Positions 20,501-29,360 of a stretch of DNA of 30,989 nucleotides are shown in pieces (within the stretch, counting starts at the first letter, position 1; the number at the start of each line of letters is the position of its first letter). The position numbers and the translations under genes were made by a program. The DNA comes from Prasinococcaceae sp. CCMP 1430 (Eukaryota > Plantae > Prasinodermophyta). The notes beneath the pieces are model-generated. The model was not told the DNA's origin and made no database searches. It saw nothing but the letters and a program-made list of their open reading frames with translations. Where the stretch lies: contig RQSC01000381.1 in the NCBI GenBank assembly GCA_013416795.1, positions 46,590 through 77,578 on the forward strand, in the 5' to 3' direction.

Positions 20501-20743
20501 CCATTTTCGCACCCACGCCGCCTTCATCGCTTTTCTCGCGCGATCCCTCTCCACAGCCCCCCTCCATCGCGCCTGCACGCGCGCGGCCGCCCCACCCCTC
20601 GCGCGCGCCTCCGCGCGGCGCTCGCGCTCGCGCCGGTTGCGCTCGAGGATTTCCGCTCGCGACGCCGACGCGCCGCGGCCACGCGACGCGCCCCCGAGCG
20701 CGACCTTGCGCGCCGGCCGCGCCGACCCCGAGAAGAAGTCCAT
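17510..20743 (-). CDS. UPL6: HECT E3 ubiquitin ligase, UPL6/UBE3C-like, 1077 aa from ATG 20743
   Basis: N-terminus MDFFSGSARPARKVALGG and IQ-like motif ARVQARWRG. HECT motifs EAGIDGGGLFKDF, FVTSCSRAPLLGF and LPTAATCMNLLKLPPY (catalytic Cys). A possible extra upstream exon lies at 20913-20854. Confidence 0.93.
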   Translation of the reverse strand: MDFFSGSARPARKVALGGASRGRGASASRAEILERNRRERERRAEARARGGAAARVQARWRGAVERDRARKAMKAAWVRKWGAHGERATPEDAAARGGELLRDALFFARGTDADGAAVLARCAQLCVLPAFTSGASLPLLDSAGDVRIGRLRAERLLCGCVAALHAAAAGGAAAAEWLLAPLPPAQSAAPPTAEQKTLQVLATAAVALAQPTLYLDAGARPAVDRLMAMTHPPGGCAPLSVALAGLVRLGDGAAPAGDCLAARVVASVCERYAASPAATAERGRAAAAAFAAPDGLLRLRGATRRLSTSSAAVSRALLIAAVRVSEAVWNSLDCETSAVALGNLADACAASPRQMHAADARAAADALHRLLARACSVGAEGDVMDLDEKEQGDAMPWGVQASADSVLSAQLETLAADDALAPLVSAASAASGAGELNPAEGSKPLCSLVNALFARAGPLAPRLVNTLAYKMDLLASLWNDVLSRVPGHVSWASAALGGAGKEWVPSLVAVCEIATRTLASADAEELRGNMEGGSRGGVLPVSALHDSRAPHGGLIGIVRSAAWDMLWAPTMQQAPTDALAIRASACRLLRVAYDRLTSLELVPPSAFHATVLRSQAGLERFNAEVQAALWGTAGAGAFEAAAAAAHDTAEDDGNSEDDALAANRMLSGARVRAVLLSAPCLVPFSARAAAFHTLVCTDRESKRGRANIFGHVMGRGITVRRGNLLEDGMNELDKLGDAVKGLIRVQFVDITGEAEAGIDGGGLFKDFLEELLLEGFSDKRGLFRANARNELYPDPAAGTSSVVLRLYEFLGKMVGKAVYEGILLELPLAQHFLRKVLPGKLGVSGAADLASLDAELDANLRYVRRAGAATEDLGLTFAATTANGREVGLLPGGRGAQVPVTEANAALYVHLMAHYRLNAETRLAADAFGQGFRTLITPEWASLFNPKELQELVSGKAGRIDVDDMRNFTVYASGFHEDHPIVLNFWSVVESMSAKEQRMLVKFVTSCSRAPLLGFKALEPRFCLQMAGHVGEAAAAERLPTAATCMNLLKLPPYATREALAEKLVYAISQGSGFHLS

Positions 20744-21313
20744 CCCCTCCCACGGCAAGCCAACGACGCCGCGCTGGCGGGCGGCGTGAGAGGGGGACCT
20801 GGGGTGGGGTGGGGTGGGGGACGGGGCACGTGCGGCACGCAGGGCGCCCTCACCTGCGACACGTATGCGCGCGACACGAGCCGCTCCGCCTGCTCGAGCG
20901 CGCCAGCGTCCATCGCGGGCCGCGCCGGCCGGCGGGCGGCCGGAGGGGGGGGGGGAGGGGGAGCGACGACGCGCGCGCGACCAGCGAGCGAAGAGAAGGA
21001 GTGAAGAGACGAAGGAGGGGCCACCGGGCTTGCCCCCTGTGCCAGGGCGCGCAGGCGCGCTACGCTGCGCGCGCACTCTGGTGCATCTCGTCGTCTTGAC
21101 CGCGCAAGAGGTCTGCTGTACTTTCGGTTATGCTTTGGGTTAAAGAAGTCGATAGGGTTGCGCGGCGCGGAAGAGCACGCGCAGGGCCTCACGTCGCCGG
21201 GGTGGGGCAGACTCAGCAGCGGTGGACACGGCGAAGCGCGAGGGGCAGGCGGGAGCTCCTGAGGGGTGCGGCGCGCGCGCCGGGCCCTGCTGATACCTGT
21301 ATCATACAACGAA

Positions 21314-21318
21314 TTACA
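21314..21318 (-). terminator. Putative TGTAA polyadenylation signal for the DEAD-box gene
   Basis: ttaca on the + strand, 13 nt beyond the stop at 21331. Confidence 0.5.
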
Positions 21319-21330
21319 TGGTGCGGTGCG

Positions 21331-24300
21331 CTACTCCTTCGGCCGCCGCCGTTTCTTGTTCCTGTCGCCGTTCTTGTCGCCCCTGCTGGCGCCTTTGGCA
21401 ACCCCGGCCACGGCCTTGGCGATGGCAAGGGGCAGGGCGGCCCGTCTTGAGGCGGGTTCGCCAGAGCGCCGTGAAGCCTTGTGCTTGGGCTTGCGCCTTT
21501 TCGCGGGGGCCGCCGCCGCGAGAATGGCGGGCGCCGCGCGCTCCTCCTCGCTCTCGCTGCCCTCGCTGACATCGAGGTCGGGCTCGTCGTCGCTGGATTC
21601 GTCCGGATCCTCTTCGCTCTCGGCTGAGCCGTCGACGGCGACGCCCGCGCCGGCGCCATCGTCATCACTGCCGTCCACGTCGATACCAAGAACACCCTCA
21701 GCTGCGGCGGCAGCCGCGACATCGAAGTTCTCAGGCACCGAGAGGTCCTCCACGGCGTCGCTGTCGTACTCGACGTCGCTCACAACCCCCGCATCGCCTT
21801 CGTCCGAGGTGGCCGCCACTGCCTCGCCACGCGCCTGCGCCTCTCTGGCGACCTTCTTGGCGGCCTCCTTCTCCTGCCGCGCGCGCCTCCCCGTGCCCTC
21901 AGGCGTCTCGTCAGCCACCTTCTGCAGCTCGCCCTCGATGCGCTGCCCCGACCTCTCGAGCAGCGCCACCAGGTCGCGCGCCAGCGGCGCGAAGGAGCGG
22001 GTGAAGAGCGAGAAGGCCTCACCGGCGCGGCCGGCGCGGCCGGCGCGCCCTGCGCGGTGCGTGTACTGTCGTGCGCGACCAAATCGCACGCGCATGCGTT
22101 GCAGCGCGCGCGCACGCGCGAGTGTGAGCGCTGCGTCAGCTGGCGGATCGCGCAGGCGAGGCGCCAGGTGCCCCCCGCAGCACCTCGAACACGCACGCGG
22201 CGTACGCGCGGCGCGAAGCCTCGGAAAAGATTAAGAAGTCAACAAGGAGCATTCAGCTATATGCTTGTCATTTTGGATATCGTCTTCGGCCTCCTGTGCC
22301 CGCCCAGATCGGACGCACACGCACGCGCGTGCGCGTGCGCCCCCGCACGCGGACGCGCCATACGCACCAATTCGAGGCTCGGTGGGAAGTCGTACATGAA
22401 GACGTATTCCAGCCCGGCGATGTCGAGACCGCGCGACGCCACGTCGGTGGCGATCATGCACGTGCTCTTACCCGAACGGAAATTTTCGAGCGCGCGCGTG
22501 CGGTCGGACTGCTGCATCTCGCCGAAGAGAGTGCCAACACGCTCCTACAATACGAGGACAACCCGTGCGAGGCCGCGCGTGCGACGGAGGCGCGCATGAA
22601 CGTGCCGCGCGCGCGGCGTCAGCACGAAGGGCTCCTGACGGGTGCCACGCGTGCTTGGCCATTGCTCCGCGCGCGCGTTCGCGTTCGCATCGCCTCAGAC
22701 ATCCAAGGATGGAGCCCCAGCCGCGCTCAAGCCCCGGCAGAGGCGAGCACGATCGGTTGCTGGTACTGCGAATGTGTTTGGAGAAATGGAAACCAGACTT
22801 GTGTGTCTTCCTCATGGGCGAATGAACGAACCTCGCACGCGCGAGCGCACGCGCGCGCGCACTTGCAGGCGTCGGTGGCACGCACCTCCTTAGCGCCCTT
22901 TCTGATGATGGCCGCGCACACTCTGGCAGCCTTGACAGTGTTGACAAATACGAGGACACGTGCGCGTGCGCGCGTGCCGCTGGCCTTTTCGTTCTGCCGC
23001 AGACTCGAGAGGAAGCGCAGCAGCAGCCGCTCACGCTTGTGCGGTGCGCATACATGCACGTGCTGAGTGAGCGTTGACGACAGCTGCGTGAGGCCGGTAG
23101 GCGTCGCACCGCCGGCCAGCACCTCAGGCTCGGCATCTTCACCAGCGCCTCCAGCACCGGCAGCCTGCGAGTTCGAAATGTGTGCGAATGCGCAGGTGAG
23201 CCGGCATAGGCGAACTCGCCGGTCAGCGCTCGGTGCAAATACACATCCTGTCTTCGCTCCACACGCGCGTTCGCGTTCGCATCGCCTCAGACATCCAAGG
23301 ATGGAGCCCCAGCCGCGCTCAAGCCCCGGCAGAGGCGAGCACGATCGGTTGCTGGTACTGCGAATGTGTTTGGAGAAATGGAAACCAGACTTGTGTGTCT
23401 TCCTCATGGGCGAACGAACGAACCTCGCGCGCGCACGCACAGCGACGCGCGCGCATGGGCGGACGCACCTGCTCGGCCGCGCCCACGGTGTTGTCCTTGC
23501 TAATGGAGATCTCCTCGGCGCCGGGGGGCATCCACGCCGCCGCGGCCTCGCGCACGGCCGGGGGGAACGTCGCGCTCAGCAGAAGCGTCTGGCGATCCCG
23601 CGCGCGCGGCAGTGCGGCCACCAGCTCGTCCAGCTGGTCCTTGAAACCGTGGCTGAGCATCTTGTCAGCCTCGTCGAGGACGACCACCTGCGCGAGCGCA
23701 CGTGGTCAACGCACCGCGAAGAGCAGTCAACAGCGCAACGGTCAGCTCTGGCGGCACCGCGCGCGCGAACGGCAACGAAGCTCCTGGGAGCAAGGCCAGG
23801 CCTGGCACGCGAAGCAAGCGCCCGCGCGCGCTTGCGTGGCTTGCAGGCATCAAAAAATATTGCAACTGTATCACTTTTGTCCTCAGCCGGGCGCGGACGC
23901 CCCTTCGGTACGAGGAATGATAGGTATCATCACATGCCACGAAGCGCACGCCCGCCCGCGCACGCACGCACACACGCACGCGCGCGCGCACAAGCACACG
24001 GCACACGGCACACGCACACCGCGAAAACCACGCGCGGTCACCAACGAGAGCACGCACCTGAACTTTTCCGAGCTTGAGGGCCTTGCGCCTGTGCAGGTCG
24101 AGCAGCCGCCCCGGCGTGCCGACAAGCACGTCGACGCCAGCGGCGAGCGCGTCCGCTTGCGGCGTGATATCGGCACCGCCATGCGCGCACACCGTTGCCA
24201 CGCCGGCGAGTCGTGCGAGCGGCGAGGCCACGCCGGCGATCTGCGCGACCAGCTCGCGCGTGGGGCCAACGACGAGCACGCTCGGCGCGCCCGCGTTGTC

Positions 24301-24890
24301 CGCGCAGCCCGCACGCTGCATGATCGCCGCCACCGCGGGCAGCAGGAAGGCGAGCGTCTTGCCCGACCCGGCGGGCGCACACGCGACCACGTCGGCCCGC
24401 GTCGGCCGACGGCCCGCGCGCGCGGCGTTGAGACCTGGCGCGCACGCCGCCCACACGCGGCGCTGCACCTCGGTGGGGCGCCGCAGTCCCGCCTGCTTGA
24501 AGTAGTCGGTGTACAGCCGCGGGACGCCCGCGGGCAGCTTCGGCTCGTGCGCTCCTCCCATCACCCCCTTGGTGGCTGCGCCCTCCTTGCCGCGCCGCCT
24601 CTTTTCCTTGCCGTCGGCGAGGGCGGGCACGGCCTCGGCGAGCAGCGCACCGAGGTCCTGGTAGCAGGTGGCCTCGCGCACGCGCTTGTTGGTGCGCGAG
24701 CGCTTCTCGTGCTTGCGGCGGCCGCCACGGTTGGTGGCGCCCGACGAGCGCTCGTCCTCGCGCCGCTGCTCGGCGTCGAAATCGACCACGCCCTCGCCGT
24801 CCGCTTGCGACCTGAAAAAGGCTCCGCCGCCCTGCGCGCGGCTGCCCGCGCGCAGCGCGGCGTTGGTGCCCGCCGCCGCGCCCTCGGCGC
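21331..24890 (-). CDS. DEAD-box RNA helicase, 5'-partial, snoRNA host gene
   Basis: Exons >24890-24058, 23687-23469, 23164-22886, 22544-22368 and 22065-21331; all introns are phase 0 GT-AG. Motifs PTEVQ, APAGSGKT, PTREL, TPGRL, DEAD, SAT, LVFVNT, TDVASRGLDI, HRAGRAGR. Acidic then basic tail (KKRRRPKE). Confidence 0.93.
22215..22293 (-). ncRNA. SNORD27: Box C/D snoRNA, U27/SNORD27/snR74-like (guide for 18S Am28, yeast numbering)
   Basis: Minus strand: terminal stem gaggcc/ggcttc, variant box C AAGACGA, AAAATGACAAGCATATAG-CTGA (D' box, guide antisense to 18S AUAUGCUUGUC, fifth nt = A28), CTTAATCTTTT-CCGA (variant D box). Sense orientation within intron 22066-22367. Confidence 0.85.
22690..22821 (-). 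ncRNA. SNORD14: U14 snoRNA (box C/D), copy 1
   Basis: Minus strand: tcgcc-c-ATGAGGA (box C) ... CATTCGCAGT (domain A, antisense to 18S ACUGCGAAUG) ... TCCTTGGATGT (domain B, antisense to 18S ACAUCCAAGGA, Cm414) - CTGA (box D) - ggcga terminal stem. Lies in intron 22545-22885. Confidence 0.93.
23282..23413 (-). ncRNA. SNORD14: U14 snoRNA (box C/D), copy 2
   Basis: Same sequence as 22690-22821 at an offset of 592 bp. Lies in intron 23165-23468. Confidence 0.93.
23846..23938 (-). ncRNA. Box C/D snoRNA, family unassigned, with antisense element to 18S ACGAGGAAU(G)
   Basis: Minus strand: ggca-t-GTGATGA (C) ... CATTCCTCGTA-CCGA (D') ... TGAGGA (C') ... TTGA (D) - tgcc stem. AT-rich island within intron 23688-24057. 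Confidence 0.78.
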
Positions 24891-24891
24891 G

Positions 24892-25079
24892 NNNNNNNNN
24901 NNNNNNNNNNNNNNNNNNNNNNNNNNNNNNNNNNNNNNNNNNNNNNNNNNNNNNNNNNNNNNNNNNNNNNNNNNNNNNNNNNNNNNNNNNNNNNNNNNNN
25001 NNNNNNNNNNNNNNNNNNNNNNNNNNNNNNNNNNNNNNNNNNNNNNNNNNNNNNNNNNNNNNNNNNNNNNNNNNNNNNN
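24892..25079. other. Assembly gap
   Basis: Run of N covering the divergent 5' ends of the helicase and CCB2 genes. Confidence 1.
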
Positions 25080-25102
25080 GCGGGCGGGCGCGCGCGCGCG
25101 CG

Positions 25103-26501
25103 ATGTCGGCGCAGCCGCCGCGGGGCGGCGCGAGCGCCGGCGACGACTTCGCCGTGTTCCAGTTCACGCTGGGCATCCCGGGCTTCGATGACAACGACGT
25201 GCCGCGAGTCGCAGGCATCCTCGCGGCCGTGCTCACTGCAGTCAACCACGTCTTTTCTCAGAGCCCGCTGCCGGCAGCCCAGGTGAGCGCGTCGCGGCAA
25301 ACGCCGAGGCGCCCGTGCGCGCGAGTGCGCGCAGCACGTCACGGCACTGACGCGGTGCCCGCACGAATCCTGCGCGCACCCACGCGCGTGCGCGCACGCG
25401 CGTGCGCGCGCGCGTTCGTACACCCACTTCATAGGCACGCACAGAGACCATCGCGCTGCTCCTTGCGGCTGCCTGCGTGGTAACGCCAGGTCTGGGACGG
25501 CGGCTTGACGAGGCGGCGCGCTCGGGGAGGCGCGCGGTGGCCGAGCTGCAGGGCACGCAGAGGGGCTTCAGGTGCGGGGCGCTCCCGCGAGGGCACACTG
25601 AGACACAGCGCGCCCGCGCAACTGCACGCTCGCTTGCGCGTGGAAGCAAGCGCGCGCGGCTCCTCGCCCTTGCCCGCGCGCCCACGGATGCTGCAGAGAC
25701 CCCGCGCTGACGCGCCCAACACTTTCCTACTGCAGGCTTGGCGACTCCGTGAGTGGCGAGGCCGCGCAGCGCGAGCTGGCCTGGGCGACATTCGCGCTGC
25801 TGCGCAACGCCAACGCCGCGTGTGTGGTCGCGTGGGGGCCTGGTGGTGAGCTCCTCGCGGCGCGTGGACAACTTCCGGCAGCCTTGCTCGGCGGAGAGGC
25901 GGACAGCGCGGGCAGGTGCGTGTTCGGGTGGCGCTACGGCGTGCCGAGTGCATGTGCTTTTGCTGCGCCGCGCGTGTGCCCACGTGCTGACCGGCACACG
26001 CGCTTTGCCCCCTGGCCGAGCTCAGGGATGTGAACAACGCCCTCGCGGACGCGGTGCGCGAGGCCGCGGTGTGTGACGCATTCACCGAGGGTGGCACCGA
26101 GGGCGGTGGCGGCGCTGTGTACCTCAGCGACCGTGGCGCAATGTCGGCCGCAGGGACGGCGTCGTTGGCGCTGCTCCCTGATGGCGCGCAGGTGCGTGCG
26201 TTCGGACGCGGGCCCCGAAGCCAGTGAAGACTCCTGACCACCGCTCGCCTGATAATTCTGCGCGCATGCACACATCCTCACACTGACACAATCGCGCGCA
26301 TGCACACGCATGTGCTTTGACACCGACCCCTCGCGGACGCGCGGCGGACCACAGGCGCTTTGGTGCTGTCCGCTGGGGCGCAGCGGCGAGCAAGCGAACG
26401 AAGGGCGGCTGCTGCTCGTGGCACCTGAGGCACGTGCGTTCTCCAAGAAGGAGCGGGCCTGGGCGGCGGCCATCGCCGCCAAGCTCGGTGGGGCGCTGTG
26501 A
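25103..26501 (+). CDS. CCB2: Cytochrome b6f heme ci assembly factor CCB2, 5 exons; transit peptide probably in the gap
   Basis: Exons 25103-25282, 25435-25571, 25736-25915, 26026-26191 and 26355-26501 join in frame (810 nt). Signatures FQFTLGIPGFDD..VPR, NH, ELAWATFALLRNAN, RAFSKKERAWAAAIAAKL. Confidence 0.88.
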
Positions 26502-26659
26502 GGCCGCGACGCTGCGCGCGCACGCGCCAAGGCGCATGCGCGAACAGGTAAGCCAGTGCGCAGTTAGGTACACGCACACACGGCTGCCTTTCGAGTGCTG
26601 AGCGGCCGGGCTGCCACGCACAGCGCACGTGCGCGACCGTCCTGCCACGAACAAAACCG

Positions 26660-26664
26660 TTACA
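26660..26664 (-). terminator. Putative TGTAA polyadenylation signal for GUN4
   Basis: ttaca on the + strand, about 100 nt beyond the GUN4 stop. Confidence 0.5.
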
Positions 26665-26761
26665 GCGCCGTTGCCGCCTGAGCGCTGCGTCCTCGTAAAT
26701 CACGCGGGCGCGGCCGCAGGTGCGCCGGCGCACACGCGTGTGGGTGGTGCGCCCCCCGAGC

Positions 26762-27797
26762 TCAGAGATACGAGCCCGCCGAGTTGTTCTCGGTGACAGC
26801 CTTCTTGGCCTCGGCCTTCTTCTTGGTGTCGTCGAACGCGGGGTGCATCATGACCGCCTCGAACAGCTGCGTGCCGCGCAGGGCGTTGGTCAGCGGAAGG
26901 TGGCCCTCGGCCGAATCGGCCTCCTGCGAAGAAAGCGAGCGGAAGAAACGCGCGTATGTGCGCGATGGTCAGCACATAGTCGCCTCTGAGCCGCGGCTCC
27001 GCCGCCTCCCTGCCTCCCACGCGCGCGAAGGCACAAACACGCACACGCTCGAGGCTCTCACACGCGCTTGCATCAACGCCACTCGACGACAGAGGGACGC
27101 CCGGCAGTCTCGCGCGCCACACGCAGGAGGGGCATGTGTTTTGCGCACTCGCGTGCGCGCGCGCGCGCGCGCGCGCGCGCGCGGACTGGCCCGGGAGAGG
27201 GGCGCGGTACGCACCCACTTGAACTCCTCCGGCCACTTGCGATACGCCATGTTCTCCCCCTGCACCCAGTCGATCTTCTTGAAGAAGTCCGCCCAGCGGC
27301 ACTTGCAAGCCTTCCACACTTTCCTCTGCACGGAGAAGCCGTAGCGGCCCTTGGAGTAGGTAAGCCACAGCGTGTCGAGCATCTTCATGTCCTTCTCGGG
27401 GATCGCCGCGATCTCCGTGAAGTACACCCACTTGCGTTCGGCCGCCTCCTCGCCGGCGAGCTCGCACAGCAGCCGCCTGTGCTCGTTGTCAGCGAGCTCC
27501 CAGTTGCCCGCCTGCGTTTGCGCGCGCGAGCCGCCGCGAGCACGGGGCGTGGTCGGGGCCACCAGCGGGGGCGCGCGCAGCAGCGTCAGCATGGGCGGCC
27601 CTTCGTGGCACGCAGCATGCGCGCCGGGCGGGCGGCGCNNNNNNNNNNNNNNNNNNNNNNNNNNNNNNNNNNNNNNNNNNNNNNNNNNNNNNNNNNNNNN
27701 NNNNNNNNNNNNNNNNNNNNNNNNNNNNNNNNNNNNNNNNNNNNNNNNNNNNNNNNNNNNNNNNNNNNNNNNNNNNNNGCTGCGTCGCCGCGGCCAT
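26762..27797 (-). CDS. GUN4: GUN4 tetrapyrrole-binding Mg-chelatase activator; first exon interrupted by the gap
   Basis: Probable ATG at 27797 (MAAATQ..). Exons 27511-27215 and 26923-26762. Motifs RKWVYFTE, DTLWLTYSKGRYGFSVQRKVW, YRKWPEEFKW|EADSAEGHLPLTNALRGTQL..HPAF. Confidence 0.92.
27639..27778. other. Assembly gap
   Basis: Run of N. Confidence 1.
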
Positions 27798-27973
27798 CGT
27801 GGTGCACACGCAGACGCGCGACGGCGCACGCCTCGCGCTCTGTGGCACCGCCCTGCCCCCCGCTCCAACCCGCACACGCGCCACCCCGCCCCACCCCCTG
27901 CTGCACCCCACCCCTGCACCCTGCCCGCGCGCGCGCGCACGCTCCCGCGGCGGCCGCGCATGCAGATAAGGAC

Positions 27974-28049
27974 AAAATGGAATCCACTTTTCAAGATGGA
28001 ATCCATACGCGTCAGATACATTAATAAAAACCATAAAGGATTCCATTTT
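27974..28049. promoter_or_regulatory. AT-rich element upstream of GUN4 with three ATGGAATCC copies (two direct, one inverted)
   Basis: AAAATGGAATCC at 27974, ATGGAATCCA at 27996 and GGATTCCATTTT at 28038. Confidence 0.5.
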
Positions 28050-28335
28050 TGGCAACCTCGCCGCGCGGCGGCGCGCGGTCCCGGGCCGACGCGGAGATCT
28101 CGCCCGGCCGCCCGCGGGCCCGCACGAAAGACGCTGTTGCACATTTCGGAGGTGAAACCGCGTTTTTGACGCTTCTGACATCAGAAAGGATCATTTATAT
28201 TTTCCAGATGCGTATTTCCGGGATGTGAAAGTCTGTCGTTCTCGGTTCCTGCGCGCGCGTTTTCGCGGCCCGCCCGCGCCGAAATGCGCGCGCGCGGCGG
28301 CGGGCGCGCATCCATCCCGAACTAAAGAGACGGCT

Positions 28336-29328
28336 TTAAGTGCGCGATCGAGCGCCTCTCCGCCGATTCGGCCGGCCGGCGAGATCTCCGCGGATCGCCG
28401 CCGAGCCGAGATCCCCGTTTTTTCCGTCGGCGAATTGCGCGGGGTTTTGCGCGGAAAAGAAAAAAGAAAGGGGGGGAGAAAAAGGGCGGGGCGGATCGCC
28501 GCGCGCCGCGCCGGCCGGGCCGGCCGCCGCGGCCGTGTGCATGTACTTGACGCCCTTCGAGTCGAGGAGCTTGCCCAGCGGGCTCTCGGGCTTGATCTTG
28601 CCGCTCATGAAGGGGTAGTACTTGCCCGGCGGGCACTTCTCCTCGATGAGCTGCTCCTTGATGACCTCCTCGATGGTCTCGCGCGAGTGGGCGATCTCGT
28701 ACACCTTCTCGGCGATGGCGGCGGGCACCACCACCACGCCGTCCTGGTCGCCCACGATGGCGTCGCCCGGCCTGACCACCACGCCGCCGCAGGTGGTGAC
28801 GCAGTTGGCCTCCCAGGGCTGCATCACGGCGGGGCCCTGGCGCGGCGTGGTCGAGTACGAGTAGCAGGGGAAGCCGTAGCCCAGCAGCGTGTCGGTGTCG
28901 CGGATGGAGCCGTCGGTGACCAGGCCCGCGATGTTGCGCTGCTGGAGGCGCAGGAACTTGATGTCGCCGCCGACGGACTCCCACGGGCCCACGCTGGACA
29001 TGACGAGCACCTCGTTGGGGCCGCACATCTCGAAGGCCTCGTACTCGGGCGAGTCGCCCGCGGGGGGCTTGTCCGCCTGGATGTCGGGGCGCTGCGGCAC
29101 GAAGCGCATCGTCACCGCGCGGCCGGCCATCTTCATGCCGGGGCCGAGCGGGCGCGCGCCCTCGATGTGGCAGGGCGGCCAGCCCAGCACCCACTGGCCG
29201 TCGACGAGCGCCTGCGTCGACAGCGTCTTCAGCTTGGCGAGCAGCTCGTCGGACACCTGCGTCGCGCTCGCCGCGGGGCCCGTGGCGAACGCGCGCGCCG
29301 CGCCGCCGGCAAAGGCCGCCTGGCCCAC
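28336..29328 (-). CDS. RraA / HMG-CHA aldolase family protein; start and C-terminus uncertain
   Basis: Motifs LSTQALVDG, MAGRAVTMRF, GGDIKFL..GLVTDGSIRD and CGGVVVRPGDAIVGDQDGVVVVP. No in-frame ATG upstream of the domain. Confidence 0.85.
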   Translation of the reverse strand: MGQAAFAGGAARAFATGPAASATQVSDELLAKLKTLSTQALVDGQWVLGWPPCHIEGARPLGPGMKMAGRAVTMRFVPQRPDIQADKPPAGDSPEYEAFEMCGPNEVLVMSSVGPWESVGGDIKFLRLQQRNIAGLVTDGSIRDTDTLLGYGFPCYSYSTTPRQGPAVMQPWEANCVTTCGGVVVRPGDAIVGDQDGVVVVPAAIAEKVYEIAHSRETIEEVIKEQLIEEKCPPGKYYPFMSGKIKPESPLGKLLDSKGVKYMHTAAAAGPAGAARGDPPRPFSPPLSFFFSAQNPAQFADGKNGDLGSAAIRGDLAGRPNRRRGARSRT

Positions 29329-29360
29329 GGCGGCGGCGGGCGAGCGAGCGCGCCGCGGGG

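Noticed and set aside
22021-22056. 9-bp tandem repeat ccggcgcgg
   Set aside because: It simply encodes helicase motif VI (HRAGRAGRAGRAG).
22664-23428. The 170-bp intronic repeat as an introner or MITE
   Set aside because: It does not coincide with intron boundaries, and the apparent terminal inverted repeats are explained by the snoRNA terminal stem.
22727-23440. Duplicated peptide HEEDTQVWFPFLQTHSQYQQ / KTHKSGFHFSKHIRS in ORF calls, suggesting a duplicated exon
   Set aside because: The segment lies within GT-AG introns whose removal restores contiguous helicase motifs, and it carries U14 boxes and domains.
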